From: Bdellovibrio sp.
GTDB taxonomy: Bacteria > Bdellovibrionota > Bdellovibrionia > Bdellovibrionales > Bdellovibrionaceae
DNA: 64,000 bases
Direction: 5' to 3'
Assembly (NCBI GenBank): GCA_036677065.1
Contig: JAKFBS010000003.1
Coordinates: forward strand, 416,001-480,000
In this document: positions 54,592-63,261 of the stretch, piece by piece
Numbering within the stretch: the first letter of the stretch is position 1
Layout of the letters: the number at the start of each line of letters is the position of its first letter
Made by a program: the position numbers and the translations under genes
The notes under the pieces: model-generated
Database searches by the model: none
What the model was told of the DNA's origin: nothing
Seen by the model: only the letters and a program-made list of their open reading frames with translations

Positions 54592-55292
54592 TTGCCAGCT
54601 CCTTTTTGGCTAGCAAGAAACGCAGTTAAATCTGCAATTTCTTGTTCTGAGAGAGGTAGTTTAGGCATTTTAGAATCAGCCTTAATTTGTAACGGATCAC
54701 GTAACCACTTTGTTAAAAATTCAGAATCACGACGACCACCCACACCATCGAGCGCGGGCCCAACGATACCACCCTTTCCTCCTAAGGCATGGCATGCCAC
54801 GCACATTTGGTCAAAAATAGCGGGCTTTTTCACAGCAGATTCGATGGCTGCTTGTGATTGTGTTTCAGCAGTTGTTGCTAAGTCTGGTTTCGGTGGAAAA
54901 CCATTTAGATCCATTCCGCCGATCCATTTTAAGAAAGCAACTAAGTGATCAATTTCTTCTTCAGTAAATTTGTAGTTAGTCATCTTACGCTGACCTGGGT
55001 ACATTTGCTCTGGGTTTTTAAGCATAGAACGAATGAATGCTTCACCACGACGTTCAAAAACTTTGGTTAATTCGGGAGCGTAGTAGGCCCCTTCACCCAT
55101 AATTGTATGGCAGCCCATGCAATTCTTTTTATCGAATAGATGTTTACCTTTAATTGCGCTTTCAGTTAGTTCATTTTGTTTGGTTTGATCAGGGATGCGA
55201 TTGAAGGTATCAACTGTTAAGCCGACAAAAATGGCCGAAAAGCCAATTGTACCAACTAAGAAAAATGCTTTTGCTTGTGATTTTGAGAGCAT
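54588..55292 (-). CDS. norC: Nitric oxide reductase cytochrome c subunit with a second c-type heme domain
   Basis: TM anchor, CMGCHT.MGEGAYYAPELT, second CVACH...GPALDG...KMP. Confidence 0.92.
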   Translation of the reverse strand: MLSKSQAKAFFLVGTIGFSAIFVGLTVDTFNRIPDQTKQNELTESAIKGKHLFDKKNCMGCHTIMGEGAYYAPELTKVFERRGEAFIRSMLKNPEQMYPGQRKMTNYKFTEEEIDHLVAFLKWIGGMDLNGFPPKPDLATTAETQSQAAIESAVKKPAIFDQMCVACHALGGKGGIVGPALDGVGGRRDSEFLTKWLRDPLQIKADSKMPKLPLSEQEIADLTAFLASQKGAGK

Positions 55293-55295
55293 TGA

Positions 55296-55589
55296 TTATC
55301 CTTTCGAATCTGCGTGCCCACCGCACATGCCACAGCAACCAACTTTTTCAGAATTGATGTCTTGTTGTTTAGATATGGATAACTGCCAAGAGTTTTCCTC
55401 TGTTTTTTCAATACTCCAGTTAATGTTGGGGATCTCTGATTCTTTAAGTAACTCTTCGAAATCATACGGATGATTATCGCAAACCAGTTTGAGTGATTTT
55501 CCCGATTTTAAACTTTCAATTAAGGCAAAAATAAGACCTGTCTTATATTCGTCCATAATTGTTGGAACGTAAATTACGTTCTGTGACAT
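55296..55589 (-). CDS. Small DUF2249/TusA-like protein with C-terminal CCGMCGG motif
   Basis: IF...ESLKSG.SLKLVCDNHP...W.L.I.K; AGGAGG SD; first gene of nor operon. Confidence 0.65.
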   Translation of the reverse strand: MSQNVIYVPTIMDEYKTGLIFALIESLKSGKSLKLVCDNHPYDFEELLKESEIPNINWSIEKTEENSWQLSISKQQDINSEKVGCCGMCGGHADSKG

Positions 55590-55644
55590 TGTTCCTCCTA
55601 ATGCTAATTGCTTTGCAGAATAATTGAATCTATCTAAGGCGCGT

Positions 55645-55658
55645 ATGATTTAAATCAT
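55645..55658. promoter_or_regulatory. Crp/Fnr-type box 3, bidirectional between the nor operon and the crp/fnr gene
   Basis: Perfect 16-bp palindrome TATGATTTAAATCATA (55644-55659); TATTCT (minus) and TAGCGT (plus) each 22 bp away. Confidence 0.85.
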
Positions 55659-55692
55659 AAAGGGTGCGATGTTAATGGGTTAGCGTGATGAT

Positions 55693-56367
55693 ATGGAACA
55701 ACGTGAGCAAATTAAATTATCAAAAGGTTGTCTATCTTTACAGGTCCCGCCGCTGGGAATTCTTCCAAAGGCTTGGAACGAGTTGTGTCGAGTCGGGCAA
55801 GTGCAAAACTTACCACCGCGTCACCAAGTTTGCACTGAAGGTGAAACTGTAACCGACGCATACTTAATCCTTGATGGATACACATTGTTGCAAAAGTCTT
55901 CAAAGACTATAGATATTATCGAGCCAAGTGAATCTTTGGGAGCAGGGCTTTTACAAGTCGACATGGCGAAAGCCAAATATCCCGTTTCAGCAACGACGAT
56001 TACACCATGTGAGGTTCTTAAAATTAGGGTCAGTGCCTTGGTAGATGTGCTGCAGAAATTTCCAGATTTGAATTTGTACTTTTTTACTCAAATTCAAAAA
56101 CGAATGTTTTTTTTGCAAACAATTAGTGTGATAGCTAAAATGCCAGTGGCGGTACGTGTAGCACATTTTTTAATAACGAAGCAGCACTTGTTAGAACATG
56201 ATTTCATCACGCGAAAATTAATGGGCGAAATTTTAAATACGACGACAGAGTCTGTAATTCGAACATTAAGTGACTTTGTAAACATGGGTTATATAATCAA
56301 AAAAAAGAAAAAAACAATCATAACAGAAAAACTACATTCATATTTATTATGTCAAAAGACAGTGTAA
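55693..56367 (+). CDS. Crp/Fnr-family transcriptional regulator
   Basis: cNMP-like domain (EGE...YLILDG, YPVSA), HTH ITRKLMGEILNTTTESVIRTLS. Confidence 0.88.
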   Translation: MEQREQIKLSKGCLSLQVPPLGILPKAWNELCRVGQVQNLPPRHQVCTEGETVTDAYLILDGYTLLQKSSKTIDIIEPSESLGAGLLQVDMAKAKYPVSATTITPCEVLKIRVSALVDVLQKFPDLNLYFFTQIQKRMFFLQTISVIAKMPVAVRVAHFLITKQHLLEHDFITRKLMGEILNTTTESVIRTLSDFVNMGYIIKKKKKTIITEKLHSYLLCQKTV

Positions 56368-56918
56368 GTATAGACATACTTAGAGCATTAATTTTTCGCG
56401 AACACCAGATTATTAACACTTGTTTAAATGAGCTGCTACAATCTTTACAACCTCTTATTCAGCTGCGTTGGTTAAAAGATAATGCAATTTTAAAACATCA
56501 ATACAACGAAGAATTGCTTATTCATAAGAAACTACTTAATAAAGAACGATTAAAAGAAGGTGGGCCATTTTGTGTACTTTTCTTCGATGAGCATATTGTC
56601 AACCCACCCGCAGAAATCGCAAAAAAGTACGCTAAAAAGGATTTAACGTATTGTCGTCATCAGTTAGATATTAAGGCAAAAAAATCTCCGTTAGATATTC
56701 CGTTAGAAGAACATGCCTCTTTAAATACGATGTTAGATGCCTTTTTATTAAAATCAAACGAGGAATTAACTGGGCAGGTGGGATTAGTTGTTTTGCAGGA
56801 TTTATTTAAGAAACATCATGAGAAAGAAGAAAAGTGTTTTTTTATGATTTGTCAGACTTTGCTTCTTCCTCATGAAATTGAAGAAATTCTAGAACACTGG
56901 GTGCCATTACCTGACTAG
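56349..56918 (+). CDS. Hemerythrin-like domain protein
   Basis: REH, H...EE, EEH, HHEKEE..FF pattern. Confidence 0.6.
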   Translation: MSKDSVSIDILRALIFREHQIINTCLNELLQSLQPLIQLRWLKDNAILKHQYNEELLIHKKLLNKERLKEGGPFCVLFFDEHIVNPPAEIAKKYAKKDLTYCRHQLDIKAKKSPLDIPLEEHASLNTMLDAFLLKSNEELTGQVGLVVLQDLFKKHHEKEEKCFFMICQTLLLPHEIEEILEHWVPLPD

Positions 56919-57035
56919 TTTTTTTTCGAGCGGTGACAAACTTGTGACATATTAATTGAAAATCTTTGCTATGTTGTAAACAGGCTTAAGAAGCTAACGT
57001 TAGATGTTTTATACAAATCACATATGAGGTATTTC

Positions 57036-58382
57036 ATGAATGATTCACAACTTTTTGCTAAGTACGATATTCCGGCACCTCGATACACGAGTTACCCGAC
57101 AGTCCCGTACTGGACAGGATCGCCATCGCAAGAGCAATGGCTTTCACACCTACGAAACAGCTTAGGTGAAAGTGGAAGACAATGGTCGATGTACATTCAT
57201 GTTCCATACTGTGAAAGTCTGTGCACGTTTTGCGGATGTAATAACATCATCACCAAAGATCATAAAAGAGAAGATCCGTATGTGCAGTCAGTTCTTAAAG
57301 AATGGGAGTTGTACCGCAAGCACGTACCAGAATTCTCTAAAGCACAGCTGCAGGGTATTCACTTAGGTGGAGGAACACCTACATTTTTATCCGCGCAACA
57401 TTTGAAAGAATTATTAACGCCGATTTTAGAATTCAGTCATCGAGGTGAATATTTTGAAGGTTCAATCGAAGTTGATCCAAGAAGGACTAATCGTGAACAG
57501 TTAGAAGTTTTGTACAGCCTTGGCTTTCGCCGTGTCAGTTTAGGTGTGCAAGATTTTAATCCAGAGATTCAACGTTTAGTAAATCGTCGGCAAACTGTTG
57601 AAGAAACAGAAAACATCACACGCTTTGCACGAGAAATCGGTTATACCTCGGTTAATTATGATTTAATTTACGGCCTAGCAAAACAAACGTTAGAAACTAT
57701 GAAGTATACGGTTGAACAAACGAAAAGACTTCGTCCTGATCGTATTGCCTTATACAGTTTTGCTTTGGTGCCATGGATTAAACCAGCACAGCGTTTATTT
57801 AAAGACGAAGACCTACCGGTCGGAAAAGATAAACGTGATCTTTACGAATATGCACGTACTGAGTTATTAAATTTTGGTTACGTTGAAGTGGGAATGGATC
57901 ATTTTGCTTTGCCTGAAGATGCTTTAGCCATTGCTATGAAGAACGGTCAGTTGCACCGTAATTTTATGGGTTACACCGATCAAAAGTCAGATGTCATGCT
58001 AGGTTTAGGAGTAAGTTCAATATCTGAGTCGCCTCAAAGTTTTCATCAAAACGAGAAAATTCTAGCCAAATATCAAGAACTTTTGCAGGCCGGTCAGATT
58101 CCTACAACACGTGGCCATGTTTTAAATGATGAAGATGTAATTCGCAGACAGCAAATACTTTCTTTAATGACAACTTATGAAGTGGTCATGACCACTGAGC
58201 AAAAACAACAAGTTTCAACTTTTTTGAAAGAAATGATTTCGGATAATTTAGTTACTGTCGTAGGTGATAAAGTAAAAGTAACTGAAAATGGAAAACCATT
58301 CTTACGCAATATTTGCATCTTTTTTGACGAACATTTAAAGCGTAGTAAACCGCAAACGCGTATTTTTTCACAATCGCTATGA
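57036..58382 (+). CDS. hemN: Oxygen-independent coproporphyrinogen III oxidase (radical SAM)
   Basis: PRYTSYPT, YIHVPYCESLCTFCGC, GGGTPT, GMDHFA, LHRNFMGY; ATG 57036 has GAGG SD (alternative 57024). Confidence 0.95.
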   Translation: MNDSQLFAKYDIPAPRYTSYPTVPYWTGSPSQEQWLSHLRNSLGESGRQWSMYIHVPYCESLCTFCGCNNIITKDHKREDPYVQSVLKEWELYRKHVPEFSKAQLQGIHLGGGTPTFLSAQHLKELLTPILEFSHRGEYFEGSIEVDPRRTNREQLEVLYSLGFRRVSLGVQDFNPEIQRLVNRRQTVEETENITRFAREIGYTSVNYDLIYGLAKQTLETMKYTVEQTKRLRPDRIALYSFALVPWIKPAQRLFKDEDLPVGKDKRDLYEYARTELLNFGYVEVGMDHFALPEDALAIAMKNGQLHRNFMGYTDQKSDVMLGLGVSSISESPQSFHQNEKILAKYQELLQAGQIPTTRGHVLNDEDVIRRQQILSLMTTYEVVMTTEQKQQVSTFLKEMISDNLVTVVGDKVKVTENGKPFLRNICIFFDEHLKRSKPQTRIFSQSL

Positions 58383-59596
58383 TTCATATAATAGGTGCAG
58401 GCTTTTCAGGTTTGACTTTAGCTTGGGAATTGAAAAAAGCAGGATTCGAGATTATAGTTTATGAAAAGAACCAAGTTGGCGGATTGATTCAGTCACATCG
58501 TACCCCGACCCATTTGCGAGAAACTGCTGCAAATAGCGTTTTATGGAGCCCTCGCTTTGAAACTTTGGCCAAAGAATTAAGTGTTGAATTTCAGCCGTCA
58601 GAATCCGTGGCTAAAAAACGATTTATTTTTCACAATCATAAACCTCGTCGCTGGCCATTAAGTTTTTTTGAAACAATACAATCGTTAACTGCTAGTTTTA
58701 AATTTCTTAGCAAAATGCTTTTTTCAAATAAGAAGATTTCACATGATTTAACTTTAGAACAATGGGGAGTTCGGTCTTTCGGAAAGCCTTTTTCTGATGT
58801 AATTTTAAGTGCGGCAGTGCAGGGCATTTTTGCCTTAGCACCAAAATATTTAAATGCGAAAGCCGTTCTCGAATCTTTTAAAGCAGTGAACGCATTTAAA
58901 AAAGCTAAAAAATTTAAACCAGTGTCGTATGCCCCTAGAAACGGAATGGGAGAATTAATTTCAACTTTGAAACAAAGACTAGCTGAAAAAAATGTAGCAA
59001 TTCAATTTCAAGAAATTCTGGATTTAAAAGATTTAAAGTTAGCCATAGAAGATATCGTGGTCATTGCTACATCGGCTTGGGATGCATGTAAACTTTTACC
59101 TCATGTTGAAGCCTTGAAGCTGATTGAAGCAGTGCCAGTAACTAAGGCTACGTTAGTGTGGGCTAAAGAAGAGCCCTTGCTGCAAGGTTTTGGTTGTTTG
59201 TTTCCGCCGAAAGAACATTTTTTTACAGCGGGAGTTTTGATCAACGCCTGTATTTTTTCTAGTTGTGGGCCAAATCCTTCTGAGACTTGGATAATTAGCC
59301 ATAGTTTAGAACAGTTTAGTGATGAGCAGATAAAACAACATGTTTTAATGGATCGTCAGCGTTTTTTTTCGCAGCAAGGACAACCATTAGAGTGTCATAT
59401 TACGCGTTGGCCGAAAGCCATTCCGGCCTATAATCAGCACTTACAAAACTTTTTAGAGACTTACCCACAGACCGCAAAGGCTTTAGCAAAAGAGAATATT
59501 TATCTTGCCGGAAATTACTTAGGCAAAATCGGTTTAAGCAAAATCTACGATCAAAACATCGCTTTAGCGAAAAAACTTAAATTACATTATGGGTAG
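58379..59596 (+). CDS. hemY: FAD-dependent protoporphyrinogen oxidase (HemY-type)
   Basis: IIGAGFSGL, GGLIQS, GFGCL, RWPKAIP.Y, LAGNY..IG; ATGA overlap with hemN. Confidence 0.8.
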   Translation: MIHIIGAGFSGLTLAWELKKAGFEIIVYEKNQVGGLIQSHRTPTHLRETAANSVLWSPRFETLAKELSVEFQPSESVAKKRFIFHNHKPRRWPLSFFETIQSLTASFKFLSKMLFSNKKISHDLTLEQWGVRSFGKPFSDVILSAAVQGIFALAPKYLNAKAVLESFKAVNAFKKAKKFKPVSYAPRNGMGELISTLKQRLAEKNVAIQFQEILDLKDLKLAIEDIVVIATSAWDACKLLPHVEALKLIEAVPVTKATLVWAKEEPLLQGFGCLFPPKEHFFTAGVLINACIFSSCGPNPSETWIISHSLEQFSDEQIKQHVLMDRQRFFSQQGQPLECHITRWPKAIPAYNQHLQNFLETYPQTAKALAKENIYLAGNYLGKIGLSKIYDQNIALAKKLKLHYG

Positions 59597-59641
59597 AAGA
59601 TTATTAATTCTTAGCCAACAGGTGGGAAATAGTGCTCGAAT

Positions 59642-59655
59642 ATGATATAGATCAG
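59642..59655. promoter_or_regulatory. Crp/Fnr-type box 4, upstream of the decarboxylase gene
   Basis: ATGAT-ATAG-ATCAG (one mismatch); TAAAAT at 59678-59683, 22 bp downstream; centre 41.5 bp before ATG 59690. Confidence 0.72.
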
Positions 59656-59689
59656 TGAATCTGTGATTTGCAAAGCCTAAAATCACTGC

Positions 59690-61417
59690 ATGAATGAAAA
59701 TTTAATAAAACCATGCTCTTCAGATGAAGTTGCGTTAAAAAGTTTTTTTTTAGGACCGCAGGCTGAAAACGCAGATTTTTTCAAACAAGAAGTCGATAAT
59801 ATACTTTCAACGTGGATTAACTGGCGTAAAGAGCGTTTTCCATTAGACGGCGGCGCGATTTCGCCGGCAGATCAATCAGCCCCGGAGTTTCAAAAAAAAA
59901 TTGAACTTTTTCGGACTCAGATCAACACCTTGTCAGAGAGATTTTCTAATGAAATTCCAAAATTTTCTCCGCGATATATTGGCCACATGTTTTCTGAATT
60001 CTCGCTACCTGCGTTACTAGGTCATTTCATTTGTCTGTTACATAACCCAAATAATGTATCAAAAGAATCTTCACGTGTTGGTGTTGAAATTGAAAACGAA
60101 GCCATTCAGGCTTTGGTTAAAATGTTCGGATACAGCAAAGAGGCTGTCGGGCATTTTACCAGTGGCGGGACAGTGGCTAATTTTGAAAGCGTAGTTCGCG
60201 CCAAACGCAAATGGATTCTAAATTTACAATCACACATAGGTTCAAAAACAAGTATTAATGAGGCTAGTTATGTTCGGTCACTGACGTCGTTGCAAGGGCA
60301 AGCAAAAATATCAGAGCTTTCTGATATTCATCTAGCAAGGTGGATTGAAAAGCAGTTTAAAAGCGAATTTAACGGCGCGGTTATGCTCGTACCGGCCAGT
60401 AAACACTATTCTTGGACAAAAGCGGCTAAATACTTTGGCTTTGGTGTAGAGGGTCTTTGGCAAATTCCGCTTAATAAATGGGGGCAGATTGATATAAAAG
60501 TGTTGAAGTCTACAATAGAAAAATGTTTGCAAGAACAAATTCCAATTGTCTCTGTGAATAGTGTATGTGGTTCGACAGAGTTTGGCACCATTGATCCTAT
60601 TCACGAAACACAAGCAATATTAGATCATTTCAAAAAAGAATATGGTTATCAGTTTTGGCATCATGTTGATGCAGCTTACGGTGGTTTCTTTGCCACGATT
60701 AAATCTTTGAACGACAAAGAAATTGGTGAAAATATTAAATTAGCTTTAGCGGCGCTAGCACACAGCACTTCAATTGCTGTCGACCCGCATAAACTTGGCT
60801 ATGTGCCATATTCTTCAGGGGCATTTATTTGCCGAACGGCCGAAGATTACTTTATACAAGAAACTCAAGCTCCTTATGTTGATTTTCAAAATCAAAAAGA
60901 TCGCGGACCATATACGCTAGAAGGTTCCAGATCGGCCGCTGGTGCGGTGGCTACTTATATGACGTCGTCATGTATTGGTTTTGATGAGCAGGGGTATGGT
61001 CAGATTATTCTTCGCACGATTAAGACCTGTCATCTTTTAAAAGAAAAGCTTACAAATAGTGGTTTGCCAGTTTTGATCATTGAAAATGAAATGACAAATA
61101 TTTTGTGTTTCGCCATTGGTCAGCGCGGGCAATGCCTGAGTCAGATCAATGAGCAAACAAAAAACGTGATTAAAAAATTTCAAAACAAAATACTTACTGA
61201 AGACAAAGATGTTTTTTACATTTCTAAAACGTTAATATCAGAAAGCCATAAGGGCGTGTTAGATCACTTTAATAAAAGTTTTAATATTTCTGTCGATCAA
61301 AGCGAGCTGACTCTGATACGCCTAACTACAATGAATCCTTTTTTAAATTCGGTTAATACAAAGGTAAACTTTATTGATGAATTTATTAAGCAAATTTCAC
61401 TAATGTTGGAAAGATAG
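59690..61417 (+). CDS. Group II PLP-dependent decarboxylase, tyrosine-decarboxylase-like
   Basis: FLGPQAEN, PRYIGHM, TSGGT.AN, HYSW.KA, HVDAAYGG, DPHKLGYVPY, LEGSR. Confidence 0.85.
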   Translation: MNENLIKPCSSDEVALKSFFLGPQAENADFFKQEVDNILSTWINWRKERFPLDGGAISPADQSAPEFQKKIELFRTQINTLSERFSNEIPKFSPRYIGHMFSEFSLPALLGHFICLLHNPNNVSKESSRVGVEIENEAIQALVKMFGYSKEAVGHFTSGGTVANFESVVRAKRKWILNLQSHIGSKTSINEASYVRSLTSLQGQAKISELSDIHLARWIEKQFKSEFNGAVMLVPASKHYSWTKAAKYFGFGVEGLWQIPLNKWGQIDIKVLKSTIEKCLQEQIPIVSVNSVCGSTEFGTIDPIHETQAILDHFKKEYGYQFWHHVDAAYGGFFATIKSLNDKEIGENIKLALAALAHSTSIAVDPHKLGYVPYSSGAFICRTAEDYFIQETQAPYVDFQNQKDRGPYTLEGSRSAAGAVATYMTSSCIGFDEQGYGQIILRTIKTCHLLKEKLTNSGLPVLIIENEMTNILCFAIGQRGQCLSQINEQTKNVIKKFQNKILTEDKDVFYISKTLISESHKGVLDHFNKSFNISVDQSELTLIRLTTMNPFLNSVNTKVNFIDEFIKQISLMLER

Positions 61418-61426
61418 AATGTACGT

Positions 61427-62833
61427 ATGAGATTTAAAAATCCTTTGATGCAGAAGTTCTGGAGATTTTCTACATCATTTCAATTAGGTATCCCTGTTCT
61501 AGTGACACTCACTTGTTTAATCACGTGGGGCACAATCGTTGAATCACAATATGATGCGTTCACTGCTGGAAAGTTAGTTTACCATAGCTGGATAATGTAT
61601 TTAACCATGGGTTTGTTGGTTTACAATCTGACGATTGTCATGGTTGATCGTATGCCGTGGAAGAAGCGGCATGCGCCGTTTTTAGTCGTGCACATCGGAA
61701 TTATTCTCATCATTGTTGGAGGCTATGTCACACAAAAGTATGGTCTTGACGGTTCATTGGTGCTTCCGATTAATGGTAAAAATAATTATGTGTCTGTGGC
61801 GCAAACTGATGTAGTAGTTTACGCTACTTTGGGCGGTGATCGCTACACAAAGGTTTATGAAAACGAAGTGGATTTTTTCATACATCCGCCGACAGAAGAA
61901 AAGCCTTTCAAAGTTCAATTGGGAGGGGATGAAATCACGATAAAAAAATATCTTAAATATGCCCGTGTTAGTAAAAAACTGAAAAAGTCGACAGATGTAA
62001 ATGTCGGCGCTTCAGTCAAATTTCAATTACAAAACGCCAATGTTCAGCAAGTTGAAACGTTAACTCAGCCAAGTAAAAATAAATCAGCTGATATGAATTT
62101 TGGTCCTTTAAAAGTAGTTCTTGGCCATAGCATTAAAGACAATGGCCGCAAAGACCGTTCAACAAATGAAATGTATTTTAATGTTAAAAACGATTCAGAA
62201 CTTTTTTACGAACTTTATCATAAAGTAGAAATGAAACCGTTTAAAACAGGCGTAATGAAAATCGGCGACATGATTGCCACAGGCTGGATGGGTTTAGAAA
62301 TTCGTGTATTAGACTATCTTCCACAAGCCACTGAAGAATGGGATGCGGTTGAAATTGAACGACCAACACCACTAACAAGCCCGGCTTTATTAATTCAGTT
62401 TGGCGAAAAAACACAATGGATCTTATTAAATGATGTGATTAAACTTTTCGGTGAAAACAAAGCGTTTTTATTCAGTTTTCAAAACCGCCGCATTGATATT
62501 GGATTTCCAGTTTATTTGAAAAAGTTTGAAATGACCCATTATAATGGAACTCAAAAAGCCAGAACTTACTCAAGTTCTGTGGAAATCGTTCCGTCTGAAG
62601 GTACATCACCTGTTTCTGGGGTAATTGCAATGAATGAACCAATGAAATACGCAGGGTACACATTTTATCAAGCCAGCTTTAATCAAGACGATAAGACAGG
62701 TGAGCCAACAGCCTCAGTTTTGTCGGTAAATCTTGATCCTGGTCGCTGGATTAAATATTTAGGTTCGTTACTTTTATCACTGGGTACTGTTTGGTTTTTT
62801 ATCCAAACACGCGGAAGAAAGACCGCACAATAA
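61427..62833 (+). CDS. ResB/CcsB-like cytochrome c biogenesis protein (System II)
   Basis: GTIVES, three N-terminal TMs with VHIG, large periplasmic domain, MNEP..GYTFYQAS, DPG + C-terminal TM. Confidence 0.8.
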   Translation: MRFKNPLMQKFWRFSTSFQLGIPVLVTLTCLITWGTIVESQYDAFTAGKLVYHSWIMYLTMGLLVYNLTIVMVDRMPWKKRHAPFLVVHIGIILIIVGGYVTQKYGLDGSLVLPINGKNNYVSVAQTDVVVYATLGGDRYTKVYENEVDFFIHPPTEEKPFKVQLGGDEITIKKYLKYARVSKKLKKSTDVNVGASVKFQLQNANVQQVETLTQPSKNKSADMNFGPLKVVLGHSIKDNGRKDRSTNEMYFNVKNDSELFYELYHKVEMKPFKTGVMKIGDMIATGWMGLEIRVLDYLPQATEEWDAVEIERPTPLTSPALLIQFGEKTQWILLNDVIKLFGENKAFLFSFQNRRIDIGFPVYLKKFEMTHYNGTQKARTYSSSVEIVPSEGTSPVSGVIAMNEPMKYAGYTFYQASFNQDDKTGEPTASVLSVNLDPGRWIKYLGSLLLSLGTVWFFIQTRGRKTAQ

Positions 62834-62862
62834 TTCGTGGGTCTTTCGACATTAAGTCGCTG

Positions 62863-63201
62863 CTAAGCTTTTTTCGCCCAAGAATTACAGTAGGCATCTC
62901 CTAAGACCAATTTTTTTGGAAAAAGAGCGCACGCGCCAACTTCTTTACCATTTTGGTCTTTGCCTTTAACGTATAGGGTGCAATTTGAACATTTATTTGC
63001 AGCTTGCTTTCCTGATTTTTTGAAGTCTTCAATGTAGCCTACTGCCTTAGCAACACTATCTTTTGGACTTACTAATTCAGGATCTCCGCCGGCATTGCCT
63101 TTTCCGCGACGGCCACCTTCGGCAAGGGCTTTTCCACTCAATAAAAAAAGCATTCCGCTCGCTAACACTCCGCTATTTAAAATAAACTGTCTTCTGTTCA
63201 T
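62863..63201 (-). CDS. High-potential iron-sulfur protein (HiPIP), Tat-exported
   Basis: MNRRQFI Tat signal; A.AVGY, CSNCTLY...CALFP...YCNSW. Confidence 0.9.
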   Translation of the reverse strand: MNRRQFILNSGVLASGMLFLLSGKALAEGGRRGKGNAGGDPELVSPKDSVAKAVGYIEDFKKSGKQAANKCSNCTLYVKGKDQNGKEVGACALFPKKLVLGDAYCNSWAKKA

Positions 63202-63261
63202 ACAATCACCTCTTGGTTTTTGGGTTTTATCATATTCTATTCAATTAGAAGATCGATTTCG

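Noticed and set aside
56933..56950. GTGACAAACTTGTGACA repeat upstream of hemN
   Set aside because: Single imperfect occurrence that does not match the ATGAT box or a full TGTGA-N6-TCACA site; not enough support.
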